DNA of 64,000 nt. It comes from Tubiluchus corallicola (Eukaryota > Animalia > Priapulida). The notes under the pieces were generated by a model, which did no database searches, was not told the origin of the DNA, and saw only the letters and a list, made by a program, of their open reading frames with translations. The first letter of the stretch is position 1; each line of letters begins with the position of its first letter. The translations under genes were made by a program, and so were the position numbers. Below, in pieces: positions 50,951 to 63,697 of the stretch. The DNA lies in the NCBI GenBank assembly GCA_030141605.1, contig JAQGDQ010000029.1:744001-808000 (forward strand). The letters are read 5' to 3'.

Positions 50951-53900
50951 ACATATATATGTATGTATACCACCAAAATTAATATATACGACTAGCAAAG
51001 GCCCCACAAAAAATTTTGCGTATAAATACACTTATAATCAAAAATACGTGAACATCCTACATAGTCCTCATTTATAATGCAAAGTGAGCAGCAGCTTTTA
51101 CTGAATTAAAGTTATAAGGTTATAGGCAGAGTAAAATGGATGACGTCACAAGTCAATTTTTCCAAGCGAAAATTGCCAAAAATGGAACATTTGATTAACT
51201 CGTCGCCACTCCTCTTGGTGGACGTGTCCTAAAATATAGCCCACAGCATCGTGTAGCCCTGTTCTTCTTCTTTCCAAAGAGCCATGTATCTCCTTCCAAG
51301 AGTCCCACTGAACGCCGCTAGAACATTTTTTCTACAGGCTGTTTGGCCACAATTTCGAAAAAATTGGGAGTTGGGTCTGGTAAATGCCCGTAGTGGGCAT
51401 TGGTGGCCCTCCTGTGAAATCTAAATATGACTATTACACTCACCGCTGAATGGGCTATTCAACCATTACCAGCACCACCCAAGGCCCAATGCGGATCTCT
51501 AGAAATAACAGGTATAAGTTTTGCAAAAAATGGGCAAAAACGGTCATTTATGGAGGTTTAACTTTCTCTAAAGTATTTTTATAGCAATGATGTCGGACTT
51601 GATTAAACTTTTACTACTGGACAGGTTAAGCTGGTAATTTACGGTTAGTTGGCATTCATTTGTACTAAATGATCACTCACTTTGCAGTAAATGACCACGT
51701 AACTGCGTTCAGTAAGCCACATTATTCATGGGTACGTCAAATCAGTAGGGATAACTGCTTGTTATAATTGTTTGGGATAACTCTCTACATGTATCTCATT
51801 ATTTAATAAGGCCATTGAAAGTAAAAAACAGTTTTTATATAAAAAAATATTAATTTTGTACTGTACTATTTGTTGAGAAAAGCTAGACTAAAGTGCTTTA
51901 CATTTTACGTGGCCAAAAATCAATTTTCAATTTTTCAAGTCAAAAAAACAGTGCTTAAAAAAACAATTTTTCAATGACACAAGGCATAATAAAAGTACTG
52001 CCTAAAAAACAATTTTTTTATTTCAAGGCATAGACCAAAAAACTCTTTAACCTGATTTGTATAGGTCTTGTGCCACTCACAGGCTTTCCGTAAAACAGCA
52101 GCTAATTCCTGGTCCGAAGCCGAAGACATGACACGCTCGCAGAATTCTTTACTGGCAATTGATGCTGATCTAGACAGAAAAAAAAGCAGTATTGCAAAGA
52201 GTGAAACCGATCTGCCAAAAACTTAAAGAACTTGTAAAAATATATTTGAGAAAATAACTAATTACTCTTCCATACTCTAAGATTTTACATAAAAAAACTG
52301 TCTTACATTGTATCACTAGTGGCATAAACACTAGTGACTGTAATTACACTACCTTATAGTGTCTGTTCGACCAAGTTGAAATTTACGTGTTGAGCCACTC
52401 TCATATGTTGCCACAGTTGTTCCATGTAATCTGTTTAAATTAAAAAAAAGATACCGACATTGAATCTGACAGTGCTATAGCTGGATCCAGTGCTAAGGAA
52501 TCAGTGAACAAACCAACAGTTACATGTTTTTATACATGCACTTATTATGTATACAGATCTGGATAAGAAGATTGAGATGTACATCGTTATTAAAAAGATC
52601 TATAAGTTCAAAACAATGAACACTTGGGTAGGAAAAGAGATGGCAAACACGTTTTAAGCTTTACAGGCTTTAAGCCTGAATTTGTAACATTATACATTTT
52701 CAAAAATAACACAATGTAACTAATATTTCAAGAGACAAATGCACTTCTTCATTATGACTGTGCAAAATTAAGAAAATCTCAGATTCAAATTGAATCAAAT
52801 TTTCATTTTTCAAACTCAGATTACATAAACTGATTTTTCCATCGAATCAAATAAAACTAAATTAAATTTGTTATTTATTTTGAAAAAAATCAAAATTTCT
52901 TATCGTTTCATTTTCGTTACTTTATTAACACTTTTAACCTTAAAAAGGTAAAACCTAAAAATCCAACGGAATAACGAGCTCTTCATCAATATACTTTCAT
53001 TAGATTTTGGTATCAATCTGTTAATGATAACAGTAAATCAACAGCAGATATCAAATTGACACACCCTTCAAAAGTGCACTTTTAACAATCTGCTGTCCTT
53101 TTGCAGTTTATTCTTATCAATAAAAACGTCCTGCGATGACTAAAATATGTAAATCACACAAGAAAACTTAGTAAATGAAAAACTTAGGACAGTAAATATA
53201 TTATTCCAATCTATTTTTTAAAGGAATCTTAAAGAAACACAAATTCCAGAATGTATTTACAAAAAATCTTGTCAGAAATATCGACTAACTACTAATTTAC
53301 TAACTTGTAATAAGCAAGTTGAAGAGCTACTAGAAGAAATATCGAGTAACTAGTAATTTACTAACTTGTAATAAGCAAGTTGAAGAGCTACTAGAAGAAA
53401 TATCGAGTAACTAGTAATTTACTAACTTGTAATAAGCAAGTTGAAGAGCTACTTGAATAAATGCGTCTGGGCTAATCTTACAACTTTTCGGAAAATTTTT
53501 CCCAAATTCTGTAAACTTGAATAGCACAACTTCAAGGTCACTGATTGCCCTAGAAAAATCAAGACAAATCAGTGACAGTTTAATATTAGTAATAAAAAAC
53601 TTTCAAATATTATTTTAAAAACTAAGTTAGTCTTTTAAATTTAATAAAATTGAAGCAGGAATGAATTAGAAAGTAATTCTCAAACATTCCAGTAATTCTA
53701 AGGAACCACTGCCTTACTTCCATTTGTATAAGGTTAATACACACAATGTTACGGCATATCCAACTACTAACAATTGTTTAATTTACTTTTGTTTAGTTTT
53801 TTATTTATTTTTCTGTGCACAAACTATATAGTACCTTATTAAACATGAACAAACAGGATCGATAAGTTTCAAAATATTCAACTCTAGTTTTAGCTGATGT

Positions 53901-56900
53901 ACCTAATGCACATTTATTGTAATTAAACAACTGGAACCTGTTGTCACCTTAATAAACTTTATAGCTTTGTAAAATAATGGGAAAAAACTGCCCAATAAGG
54001 CCAAGTGAAAATGACACATGTACAATTGTGTAGCAGTATACCAACCCGATAAAGTAGAATGTAATAATATGACTGATGACAACTCATGAAAGCAGGTCAA
54101 AACTGTGGTTAAAAGATTACTGGAAAAATCTCTGACATCCTATTTATGCATAAACTTAACAGCGGCACAAAACTTGCTTTGGTAAAACTACATAAATTGT
54201 TGAATTATGTTGTGGTCTCACAAAACATAATTAATCGTGGTTCTCGGTATGGTATTTTTGCTTGTTACCACACGATACTTTTTATCACTTAAAAATAGGC
54301 TGTAAATGATTGTGACCTACAGCTGCAAGTTGCTATATTCACATTTCATAAAACTAAGTGTTATTGCATAAAAACACACAAAACTAGTGTCACAGTCACT
54401 ACCAAGTAAAAATCGTTTCCAAAAAAGGCAAAAAACAAATTACTTACACATCTAAGTGAGTCTTGGCGGCTTCTATGCATTCCATTATTTTAGAATCAAT
54501 GTTAAATTCCAGTCTCACCGGTTTAATTACGTTATCTGCTGGCAGTTTAGGTACAGATTTAAACCTATAAAATACAAGTTATATTGAAGATCATCGAACC
54601 ATATACCTTCCGTTACAATGAAGAATTTCCACCTACTAATGAATTCAAAGTTCACTAAAGATTAAAAGTTTTGAAAAGATTAAAGAATCAGACATTCTAA
54701 ACCATGTAACGTCTTTAATGGTATTCAGTAAACAGCAGATCTCTGTCAAGACCAGGAGAGTATGTTATGTCAGAAATATCTGATTTTATTTTATTAATGA
54801 TGTGAACTCTTGTTTATTGTAATTTTTCTGCAACACTCTACTGTGGTTTAGGTCCGTTTCACAAAAACATTTCCCAGAAAAAACAACTTCCCAGAAAAAG
54901 AAAAACTCGTTTTACAGAAAAAGTATTTCCCAGAAATATTTTTAACAGAAAAATCGCGGTTGCATTTTTAGCTGTAAGATCTGCTAATTTAGTAGGATAA
55001 AGCCCTCGACTTCTTTTTTATGTTTGCTTCTCCCTCTCTACCTCCTTTCTTCCTTCTCTCTCTCTCTCTCTGCTTCTAATTATTACAATGACGCAATATA
55101 TCGAGGAGTACAGCCGACAGTAAGAATGTGGCAGACATCCAAATTTATAGAAAGTTGCCAATAAAGCTTGTCATTTCAGGCTCAGAGAGCCGGCATTGAA
55201 GGTGGCATCATAGGTGCACCTATAAGAATGCGCATGCAAGAAAGACATGAACAGCAGATATGCCAACTTAATTACAGGTTAAGGGAAATCACTAGAAGGC
55301 AGTTTTGTCAGAATATTGGGTTCCCTACCTTTAAGAATTCAATCATGCCATTAAGGCACATAATTGATAGTACAATCTGATAGAATAGTTTTATGCAAAA
55401 ATGTTTTGCTTTGTAACAAATTTTAGCATTAAATTAGAATCAATAAGCATCGGATAATTTGCCGTATAGTCACCACAAATGTACTTGAAGTTATAAAGAT
55501 TAATAAACAAAGTAGAAAATGAAAACACCAAGCCTTATGTTGGGGTAAATTTGCCCAATAAATTATGCTCCTTCACAAGATTTTTTTATAGGTTATTTTA
55601 GTAAATTGTCAAAATAATCCTCTGAGATGAAACATTGAACAGGCAGAGGTGTCACAGTCACAATCAAATGCATGTACATCCTCCCATAATCAGCAAAATA
55701 ATCCAGCATAGCTATGAAAAGAACTGTCCAAAGTGACACTCCTAAGCAGTCACCCTACTAATCAGTTGCCAGGCTCGACACTGCTTCACCGTGGTAGCCA
55801 ATCACATGCTGTGATTAGTCACTATTGCGTATACGCCAAGATCAACACGACTCGCTATATAATCGTTACAAATTGTTACTGACGTTACAAATCAGTTTCT
55901 TGCCCTAAGGAGATGACCAAATTTTTTTATTATATAATCGGTATTAATCAATACATGTAGTTAAAATATTAATAACTAATAATAATAATAAATAATAAGT
56001 GATTATATACTTACTGGTAATTATAAGCGTGGTCAATTATAGAAGCAATGGGTGGGCCTTCAGCAGCCGAATGTTCATAACAAAAGCCTGCAGTCCCATT
56101 CCGACCCACTACAACCTACAGACAATGGAATTAGGATTACATAATTAGTAAGTTTAAAACACTTCTTTTACAGTGCAACTTTATTAAAACAGTTATGGTA
56201 ATAATCTATACTAACAACCTGTGAAGCTCTCTGTTTCCGAAGACACTGATACTATTATGTATTCAGATATGGAATGTTTGTGCATTTGCCAGCAAGGCGA
56301 TTATGACTCAAGATATGATGTAATCGATTCCATCATATGTATCTATTTTCCTCAGACCCATTAACTTCATGTGGATAAGTGCAGTCTTGTAGTACTGCAC
56401 AAATGTTATGAGTTAAAATGGTCATACTTGTACCCCTCAATCAATGGTCAGTCCAGTCCACATAACATGTACTAGTAGATCTTGTTAAGTTGTGAGTGAC
56501 CATTGGTTATTGTGTCAAGTTACACATGTTGTATAAAAGAAGAATTAATTGTATAATCAGTCTTGTTTGATTAAAAGTAGTAATTTGAGCAGCAATCTAT
56601 ATTAAAATAAAACAGAATGTGTGGAAGGGTATAAGTCATTATTCATTATATTATAGCCAAAATATTCGATTACTAACTGTCAGACAAAAATAATCTTAAG
56701 AGCACAAGCCGAGTAAAAATATCTGTAATGCTTTAATTTCAACTTTCCCACAAAACATACCTGTAAAGTTTTATCATACCATCTGTTGCCACTGTTCAAC
56801 GTACTTCCTCCACCATGTAACATTTGCTCTCCCAGCATCCGAAGTCGATCATCATCTGTGGCATCAGAAAGTGGACCATCCAAGCAAAGTACACAGATAG

Positions 56901-59900
56901 ATCGTTGAATCATCTCTAATGCTGCTTTATTAGTGACATCTATTGCAGCAGAATAAAAACCACAAGCTATGTGCATTCTATACCAAACCACAAGATAGAT
57001 CACTAATCAATATTTAAGAAAAGGGAAAGAGATAATTTCAAGCCTCATACAATATGAGCTTCCTTAAAATTATTACAACTACAAAGGCTAGGTTTAATTC
57101 CGTAGGTTTCCTTTTTACATTTTTTGTTTTCAGAAAATAATTTTATTTGACTATCATTCATTTATGCAGTTACCACATCTGCCAAACTACCCTCATCCCA
57201 AATAAAAGTACCATACTAATGATTTACTGCGTTTGCAATAATATAACTACGCCAGCCAAGTCCAATAAAATTCACTTAAACAATGATGCGCAGCATGAAT
57301 AAAGTACCTTTTAGCATTTTTTTATATATTTTGCCCCAAGAATTACGGCTTTCAGTTGTGAGAATTCCAATCTGTTTACCGGGATACATGGATTGATTCA
57401 TACAGTCTTTCAGCTGCTCATAGAGCTGCTTTTCATTGAGAACTTTGTTATCATTACCATACACCTGAACTGCAAAGAACTGAAATGGAGAACAATTAAA
57501 TTAATTGCTACCTTTTATAACATCCATCAAGTGAATTACTTATCATGTACCAGCAAGTAACATTTCGAAACGGCACGAAACGTACTAGCTGCACCAGAAC
57601 GAAAAATAAAGCAAAACATTTTCTAAGAGCTAGAACAGTGACTATGTACTTAGACTCAAGACATTATGGAGGTGCGTGACCACGCGCTTTTCTGATTATA
57701 ATAGAGAAGCCACAAATATTTTTTTTTCACAAAATCTTCTCTATGGCAAAAGTCATAAATCTTTTAATTACATAGTTTAATCTGAATAGTTGGCCTGTGT
57801 GGTCATACATCTTGCAAGATTTATACAAAGAAAGCAAACAGAATAAAAAAATGTTTCACCCAAATACATAATTAGTTATGGCAAATAGGTATTTATAAAG
57901 GATGAAGTAATACTGCAATAAGATCTCATTATCAACATACATAATTATTGTGTACAACTATTATGTGCTTTGGAGCATCTGGCTGGTCCGGTGGATAGCA
58001 GACGACTGAATCACGACTGATGCCTGGAATTCTGCATGAAGACAGCACTTTGTAGTACTGCACCATACACAACGGCTGATTTCCCATATACTCCACTGGA
58101 AGTTTATTGCTGAGCAAAACAAAAGCTTCATAAGAATTAAAACCTAAATGACCTAATAAGATATTAAATTAATACATAATGCGCATCTTTTGCACAACAC
58201 TGCTCAAATTTGCTAAACAAAGTACAAACTATTTCAGTAACGAGGGTGTAAAACAGTGTCAGGAAAAGGGGCCTCCAAAGGCCTTAGAGCCAAGGATGGC
58301 CGCACCATAACCAATAAAAAAATATTTGAGATATTCTAGGCCTACGCAATATGGCACATGGATGAGATGCCATTAAGCAACGTGACATTTTATTAGTCAC
58401 TAGTGAATCTTTCTTTTACACTTCTTAACAATTCAACTGTATCATTTTCGAGTGGTGTGCACTCTCAAAACAATTTGACAATTTCAAGGCTTCAAGTGCA
58501 AGCATTGTGTTATTCTATTTCACAGAAAGGACACAAACTGTGAAACATTTTTTAATGCCTGGTAGTACTTTTTTGATAAAACAGACTGACAAAAATGCCA
58601 GGCACGTAAAGCAGCTGCTCAGTTCAGAAAATGGCATTTATAACAATTTGCTTGATTTTACTCACGTATCAATTAGCTCTTTATAATCCAAAAGTCCAGA
58701 TAGAAGACTGACTGCACATCTGAAATGACAGAAAGCCAACATAAATGAAGTGAGTGCCCAGTAATATACAACTTCAAAGAAGTCTATTCGTCCACACAGC
58801 TACTGACATATTTGTAGATAATTTAACATGTAGGTCTACAAGTAATGATCCTACTAAAAATACACACTTGGTTAGGAAAAAAACTGCCAATATGTTTGCT
58901 CCTTTCTACTCAAAAAGAAACAGTTTGAAGTTAAGTGTTATATGACAACTTTTTAGCTTTTCTGCAGTCTTAATTCAATGGCCTATTGAGAATCAGCTAA
59001 TTTTCATTACTAATAATTAACAAGTAGCTGGCTTTTTTCTGAACTGTCACATTTAAATGATCCAAGTGACTGTGTATGTTGAAGTTAGATTTGCTTTATG
59101 TATAACAATTTCAGAGATCATATAGGTAGGTAGAGTATTTTAAAAAAAGTTTAAAAACAAGTAACCATTAACCTGTTTTTTATTTGCCGTAGCTCCAGTT
59201 TTTGAAGACTCATGCAAGGCATGAAAACTGTTTTGTCTGACTAACTCCATGAGCAAACACTTAGTAACAAAATGAAAAAAGTACCTCAATTGTCCTTCTA
59301 AGTCATTGTAATTCTGGAATGGGAGGCAAAGTCCAGGGCTGGAGTTGATGACAACAGGACTTCGAAATCCAAGGTAAGCCACATCTAACCACCAATCAGC
59401 TAACTGTATAGCATCCAAAAAACTGTAGTTAGTGCACAATTATGGTTTAACGAAAATCACCTGTTAAAATGCCAAATAAAATAAACAAAACTGCTATTCA
59501 CACATATATGTATTAATCTAATTAGTGTAAACATGTGTATGTCTGAATGTGAGCTACTAATTTAGGGTACTATAATTGGCTTTCATCAGTATAGCGATTC
59601 AGTTCCAACGTACCGTGATAAAAGATAGCGTCGTTGAACTGATCTTGGTTTTGTGACAATAGTTCTCAAGCGTTTGTATTTGTTTGTCATCTTACTCAGT
59701 CATCGATCTCGAAACTCAAATTTGAAAGTTCTTGTCTCAATCAGCGATTTTGTGATTGCGTCTTTCAAGTCTGCACGATTAAAAGTGTGGCGGATGCGGA
59801 ATTTGGTCAAGGATGAAGTTGATTGGCAGCGTATATTGGTTGGTCTAGTCTGATTATCGGAAGGATATCAATTTTTTGATGATCGGAACGATATTTTGCA

Positions 59901-62624
59901 TTGGGATTCGATCATCAGAACAATATCCACTTTCAACAAAAATTCAAGCATTCACTAGTTGTACTTAAGTGCAAATATACAGGTTGTGTATAAAAGAGTA
60001 GGCACATTTGCAATACACAGTGCCACTAAAAGTCTCAGATAATTAAAAAATGGCAGACAACAGCAACCACTACTGTTATATTGGTAACACCAATATTTAA
60101 CGAATAAAAATGTCAGTTCTAGTGCCAAACAAAACTGCACACGCAGTAGACAGACTTATCTTATAGGCAACTGTATCATCCAGTGGCCTGGTGCAAGTGA
60201 ACAGCGTAAACATGTGACTAGCATTAATACAGTAATATGTATCTGGTACTTACACCGGGTTAATCAAGAAATCTCACATCCACTTCTCTTTAACAGTTCC
60301 ATTGCAGCACATATATAATTATTATACAGGTGGATGTATAATTTTAATGGCTCTAATGGATAATTTTATGCAAAATATTACTAGGCATACGTCTTTTCAG
60401 TCATTAATTGTCAAGTAATGAATACAACACAATTTATATTTAATTTTGTTTGTTCGTTTTTGATTAGAGCATACTTAAGTTTGTTCAAGCAGCAGTTACT
60501 GCACCTACATTACAATTTATGACAAATGCTAACAATAAAATTTAAGGAAAACCAAACAAATTTGTTTCAGGTCACAGCTCATATTGACTTATATTCTAAA
60601 ATACACATTCTACGTACACTTACACACACATCAAATGCACATATAAACTACACATACTGAGAAATTCAATTAATGCTTCACAAGCACAGTTAGTGATGAC
60701 CTCGGAGGGCGTATGGTTGCAGAAGCAGAGATTGCTATACAGCATTGATATGTTACATTGACACCAAAATGCAAAAAACACTTACATTTTAAATTCATAG
60801 ACTAAAGTTTGAAATTTATTACTAGCATGGTTTCATTCAGCTATCTTAATGTCATGGCTGGGCTATGTAGTTATCCAATGTCTACTGGCTTGGTATAGCA
60901 CCTATTTTGTTCACAAGGCACGTTTCACGAAACAGACGTTATTTCACATCTAAGTAGGAAGGACGAGTGAAAAATTGACAGAATGGAAATTACCAAATCT
61001 TTTAGTAAATCTTTAATGTAAATCATTCTTTAATATTTGCAGTTAAGGTATTTTCGACCATTGGTCATTCAGGCCATAGGACTATCTGCTAAAAGTAAGC
61101 AGTTTTCCTACAAATGACGTAACAATGCTGATAGTGGTAGCATACCCAATTATCCTTTATTTTAGAGCGTTCAATCAGTAGTTCTTGAAGTTTTTCACCA
61201 AGACCTCCAGATTTGCCAAACTCTTCCACGAGCTGTAAAGAAAATCACTACTAAAAAGTCAGTAAAATGCCACTTTAAGACTGCAACAACTTTCTAGTTA
61301 TTGCAAAGTAAATCTAATATTCATAGTGAAATTTCTGTGTTTATACATAAACACTTGAACATAGTATTTATTCTTACTTTCCAGATTGACATTCAAAGAT
61401 TAAATTGGGAGAGCATTAGGTTTGAAGACATTGACTCACTTGGTTTGAAGACATTGAACTTTATGCCTAATGAACTTAGTTGCCATATTTTGAAAATTAG
61501 TTATTTCTAAATTATGAGGAACTGTCTTACACAAATGTCAGGGCATAATTCATTAAGTTGCGGGTCACAAATCTCTGACTCTGGCTGAAAGTAGAAAACT
61601 CGAGTAGGCATGTTAAGTATGGTCGCCTCATTACCAACGAAATATTGATCTTTTGGAAAATGTTCAACATCGTGCCACCCACTTAGTCTACGGATTATAA
61701 TGAACGGCTTTTCATGTTGTCTCTTCAGCCTTTCTATACTAGACATCAACGAGGCGACTTAACTCTTACTGTCCAGATGCTCCACAGCCTTGTTGATTAT
61801 GACTACAGACGTCTTTTTGTACTGTCAAGTGAAACAAGGCTTCGTGGATATAACTTAACGCTTGCAAAGCCTCAAATTCGAATCAATGTATGTATGTACA
61901 TTTTTGTTTATCGAGTTAAAAATATGCAGAATTCTTTGCCATTCCGTAAATGCGTAAATGCCCCATTTTTTACTATTGTTAAAACTCACCTTCACATTCA
62001 TCTCTACCATAAACTCGTAACTTTTTTACGAGTATGAGATGTTATTGCCATAGGTATGTATTGTTTAGCACTAATGTACTTATATTATTATTCTGTACGA
62101 TATGCTGCACTATATTTTCTGTTCTGTATGGCGACTATTTAGGGTACTTTAAATTACCTTGTTTTACAGTCTTGCTAGTAAAGCTACAGTTGTGCTTTGT
62201 TTATGCTACAATTACCCATAAGTAATAATAATGATGATGATGATGATGATGATAATGGGCTGTTTTTACAAAAGCGTACAATATAAGCACATAGAATGGG
62301 AAACTACTAAAAAAGGAACCATAAAGTAAGTAAGATGACCCGAGAATTCATGAGAAATGAGCATGTTATGTAAAATTGAATTTACCACTGATGTATATAA
62401 TAACTTGCCTTTTTACTTTTTCCCAATTCTGCAGAAGACAGAATTGGTTGCAGAGCAAGGAGATATCGTTCTAATGTCTGCTTCAAAGGTGGTACGGGCA
62501 GTCTTGGTATGGACAACTGATGTGACCACATTCGTCGAGGTAGAATTTGTTTGTCAGCACCAAGCAAATCAATGATTTGTGGCTTTTGAGCTTTTGTAAA
62601 ATTGAGCGCATTGCTAGACTGCAC
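45610..62624 (-). CDS. CRAT: Carnitine O-acetyltransferase, 15 coding exons in window (628 aa; start exon not identified), C-terminal PTS1 SKL
   Basis: Exons 62624-62409, 61232-61146, 59403-59285, 58719-58666, 58109-57941, 57479-57308, 56939-56761, 56115-56015, 54564-54448, 53549-53427, 52430-52353, 52169-52052, 47738-47601, 46689-46603, 45738-45610; phases all consistent. Motifs PRLPVPPL, NWLADWW, NRWYDKTLQ, catalytic YEHSAAEG, SPDAFIQ, GRTDTIR (carnitine type, not the ChAT VDN), DRHL, STSQ, FGAVVPDGYG; ends ...EGKSKL*. Confidence 0.95.
46797..47111. mobile_element. hAT-superfamily MITE (315 bp) with an intact 8-bp TSD
   Basis: TSD GTTGGCAT at 46789-46796 and 47112-47119; termini CAAGGGTGTC / CATGGGTGTT (reverse complement); G-runs and C-runs subterminally. 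Confidence 0.88.
50712..51560 (-). mobile_element. Non-autonomous Helitron-like element with two tandem 3' ends and internal microsatellites
   Basis: On the minus strand, hairpin cgcaaaa-ttct-ttttgcg (50742-50725) then CTAG|T (50716-50712); second hairpin + CTAG at 51020-50991; (CCACA)-rich and (TA)n tracts between. The 5' limit is uncertain. Confidence 0.6.
53274..53453. repeat. 61-bp tandem triplication covering a CRAT exon end and its 5' splice site
   Basis: Units start at 53299, 53360 and 53421 (actaacttgtaataagcaagttgaagagctact...). Confidence 0.92.
54851..55400 (+). mobile_element. Internally deleted Mutator (MULE)-like element: terminal repeat array plus transposase C-terminal remnant
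   Basis: Left end with TTCCCAGAA repeats; broken translation T..IEEY...CGRHPNL.K...QAQRAGIEGG...ITRRQFCQNIG resembles the MULE C-terminal TNN..EG.H...HPN.W motif region. Confidence 0.55.
59590..59935 (-). mobile_element. Helentron/DINE-like non-autonomous element
   Basis: TTCCGATCATC-type repeats, gacaaacaaatacaaac microsatellite remnant and terminal hairpin (59596-59644); related to 63400-63697. Confidence 0.45.
61560..62255 (+). mobile_element. CR1 LINE 3' fragment (antisense in CRAT intron) with (GAT)n tail
   Basis: VWSPHYQRNIDLLENVQHRAT...RGDL...ETRLRGYNLTL...RV..QNSLP are CR1 ORF2 C-terminal motifs; (GAT)n at 62231-62253. Confidence 0.8.
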
Positions 62625-62873
62625 CTACAAAATAACACAAATATCCATGAACTGAGTTAACACTATGAGCTTTATACCACTTGAGCTTAAACACTTCTCG
62701 TCTCCCATCCAAGAGCAATTTGCAGTTCTTATGTAGCCATTTTCTATTTCACTGATCACTAGTGTGTGAAGTAGGCTACTTAATATTATTACTAAATAAA
62801 AAGAATGTTTCAAATACATATCAGTAAGTGCTGAAAAATGTTCAAGTCTCTGTTTGAATTTGTCAACATTTAC

Positions 62874-62907
<34 letters not shown>

Positions 62908-63399
62908 ACAGAATAGGTTGCACATGAATAGTCTGAAAGGCTATTCCTTACAGAGTTTGAAAAGTTACTGCTATAACATTACAAGCATTGAAACATTTCC
63001 AATAGCTATCCCCTAGAGTATGCAACTCTAATGCTAAAGATAAGGTTAAAGATGCTCTGATGATTTTTATCTCAGCTAAAATACCATCGCTTCTTTTCCT
63101 TGCAACCAGCCCGTCTAGTGAAAAAGCCCAAAATTAGTGTCTCCTTATAAGATCCTAGCAGAAAAAACAAGCCAACAACCCTTTACTGATCATAAAGCTT
63201 CTACACTGATATTAATGAATGGTCACTAAATCTCACTTACATAAAACTTTAAAATATGGATGCATCACAAAAATATAATTATGAGAGTATAATGACTGGA
63301 GAAGTATGCTCATGATATAAGTTAGTGAGGTGATAAACTTCTTATTTGCAGAACCAAACAGACTCAAAATTTACACCAGTAATGATATAACAAAATTGG

Positions 63400-63697
63400 T
63401 AGCAAGTATTGTTCTGATCATAGGAACCACGTTTCGGAGGGATATTGTTCAGATGATCGGAACCACGTTTCAGAAGGATAAATTTCCGATAATCACGCAT
63501 GAGGTTAAGCCAAAGTTTTCCAAATTTGACTGCCCGTGTTGCGCGATCTTAGTTTAAGCTTAGCGGTTATCTAAGAGAATAACTTGAAAAACAAAAAATG
63601 AAAAATGAAATTTTTTAACACGGAAAAATTGCAGACGTAAACAGTAAACACTCAAACACAAAGCTCGCTTAACTGAACCGTGATTTCAGTCAAGATT
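63400..63697 (+). mobile_element. Helentron/DINE-like non-autonomous element
   Basis: Tandem gatattgttc.gat.atcggaaccacgtttc repeats, ccaaatttg body motif and terminal hairpin cttaactgaa...ttcagtcaag (63668-63694). Confidence 0.45.

Noticed and set aside
54068-54100. Second hammerhead-like string CTGATGA...GAAA...GTC
   Set aside because: No stem I, II or III pairing.
59575-59592. Minus-strand CTGATGAAAGCC hammerhead start
   Set aside because: No closing stem II or GAAA follows.
45610-62624. Alternative identity as choline acetyltransferase or carnitine octanoyltransferase
   Set aside because: Has GRTDTIR rather than the ChAT GRVDNIR, and a bulky residue rather than Gly at the Met564-equivalent site.
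63236-63275. Possible CRAT first coding exon (ATGCATCC...T|GTAAGT)
   Set aside because: The ATG frame ends in phase 1, but the 62624 exon needs phase 0, and the phase-0 frame contains a stop; at most a UTR exon.
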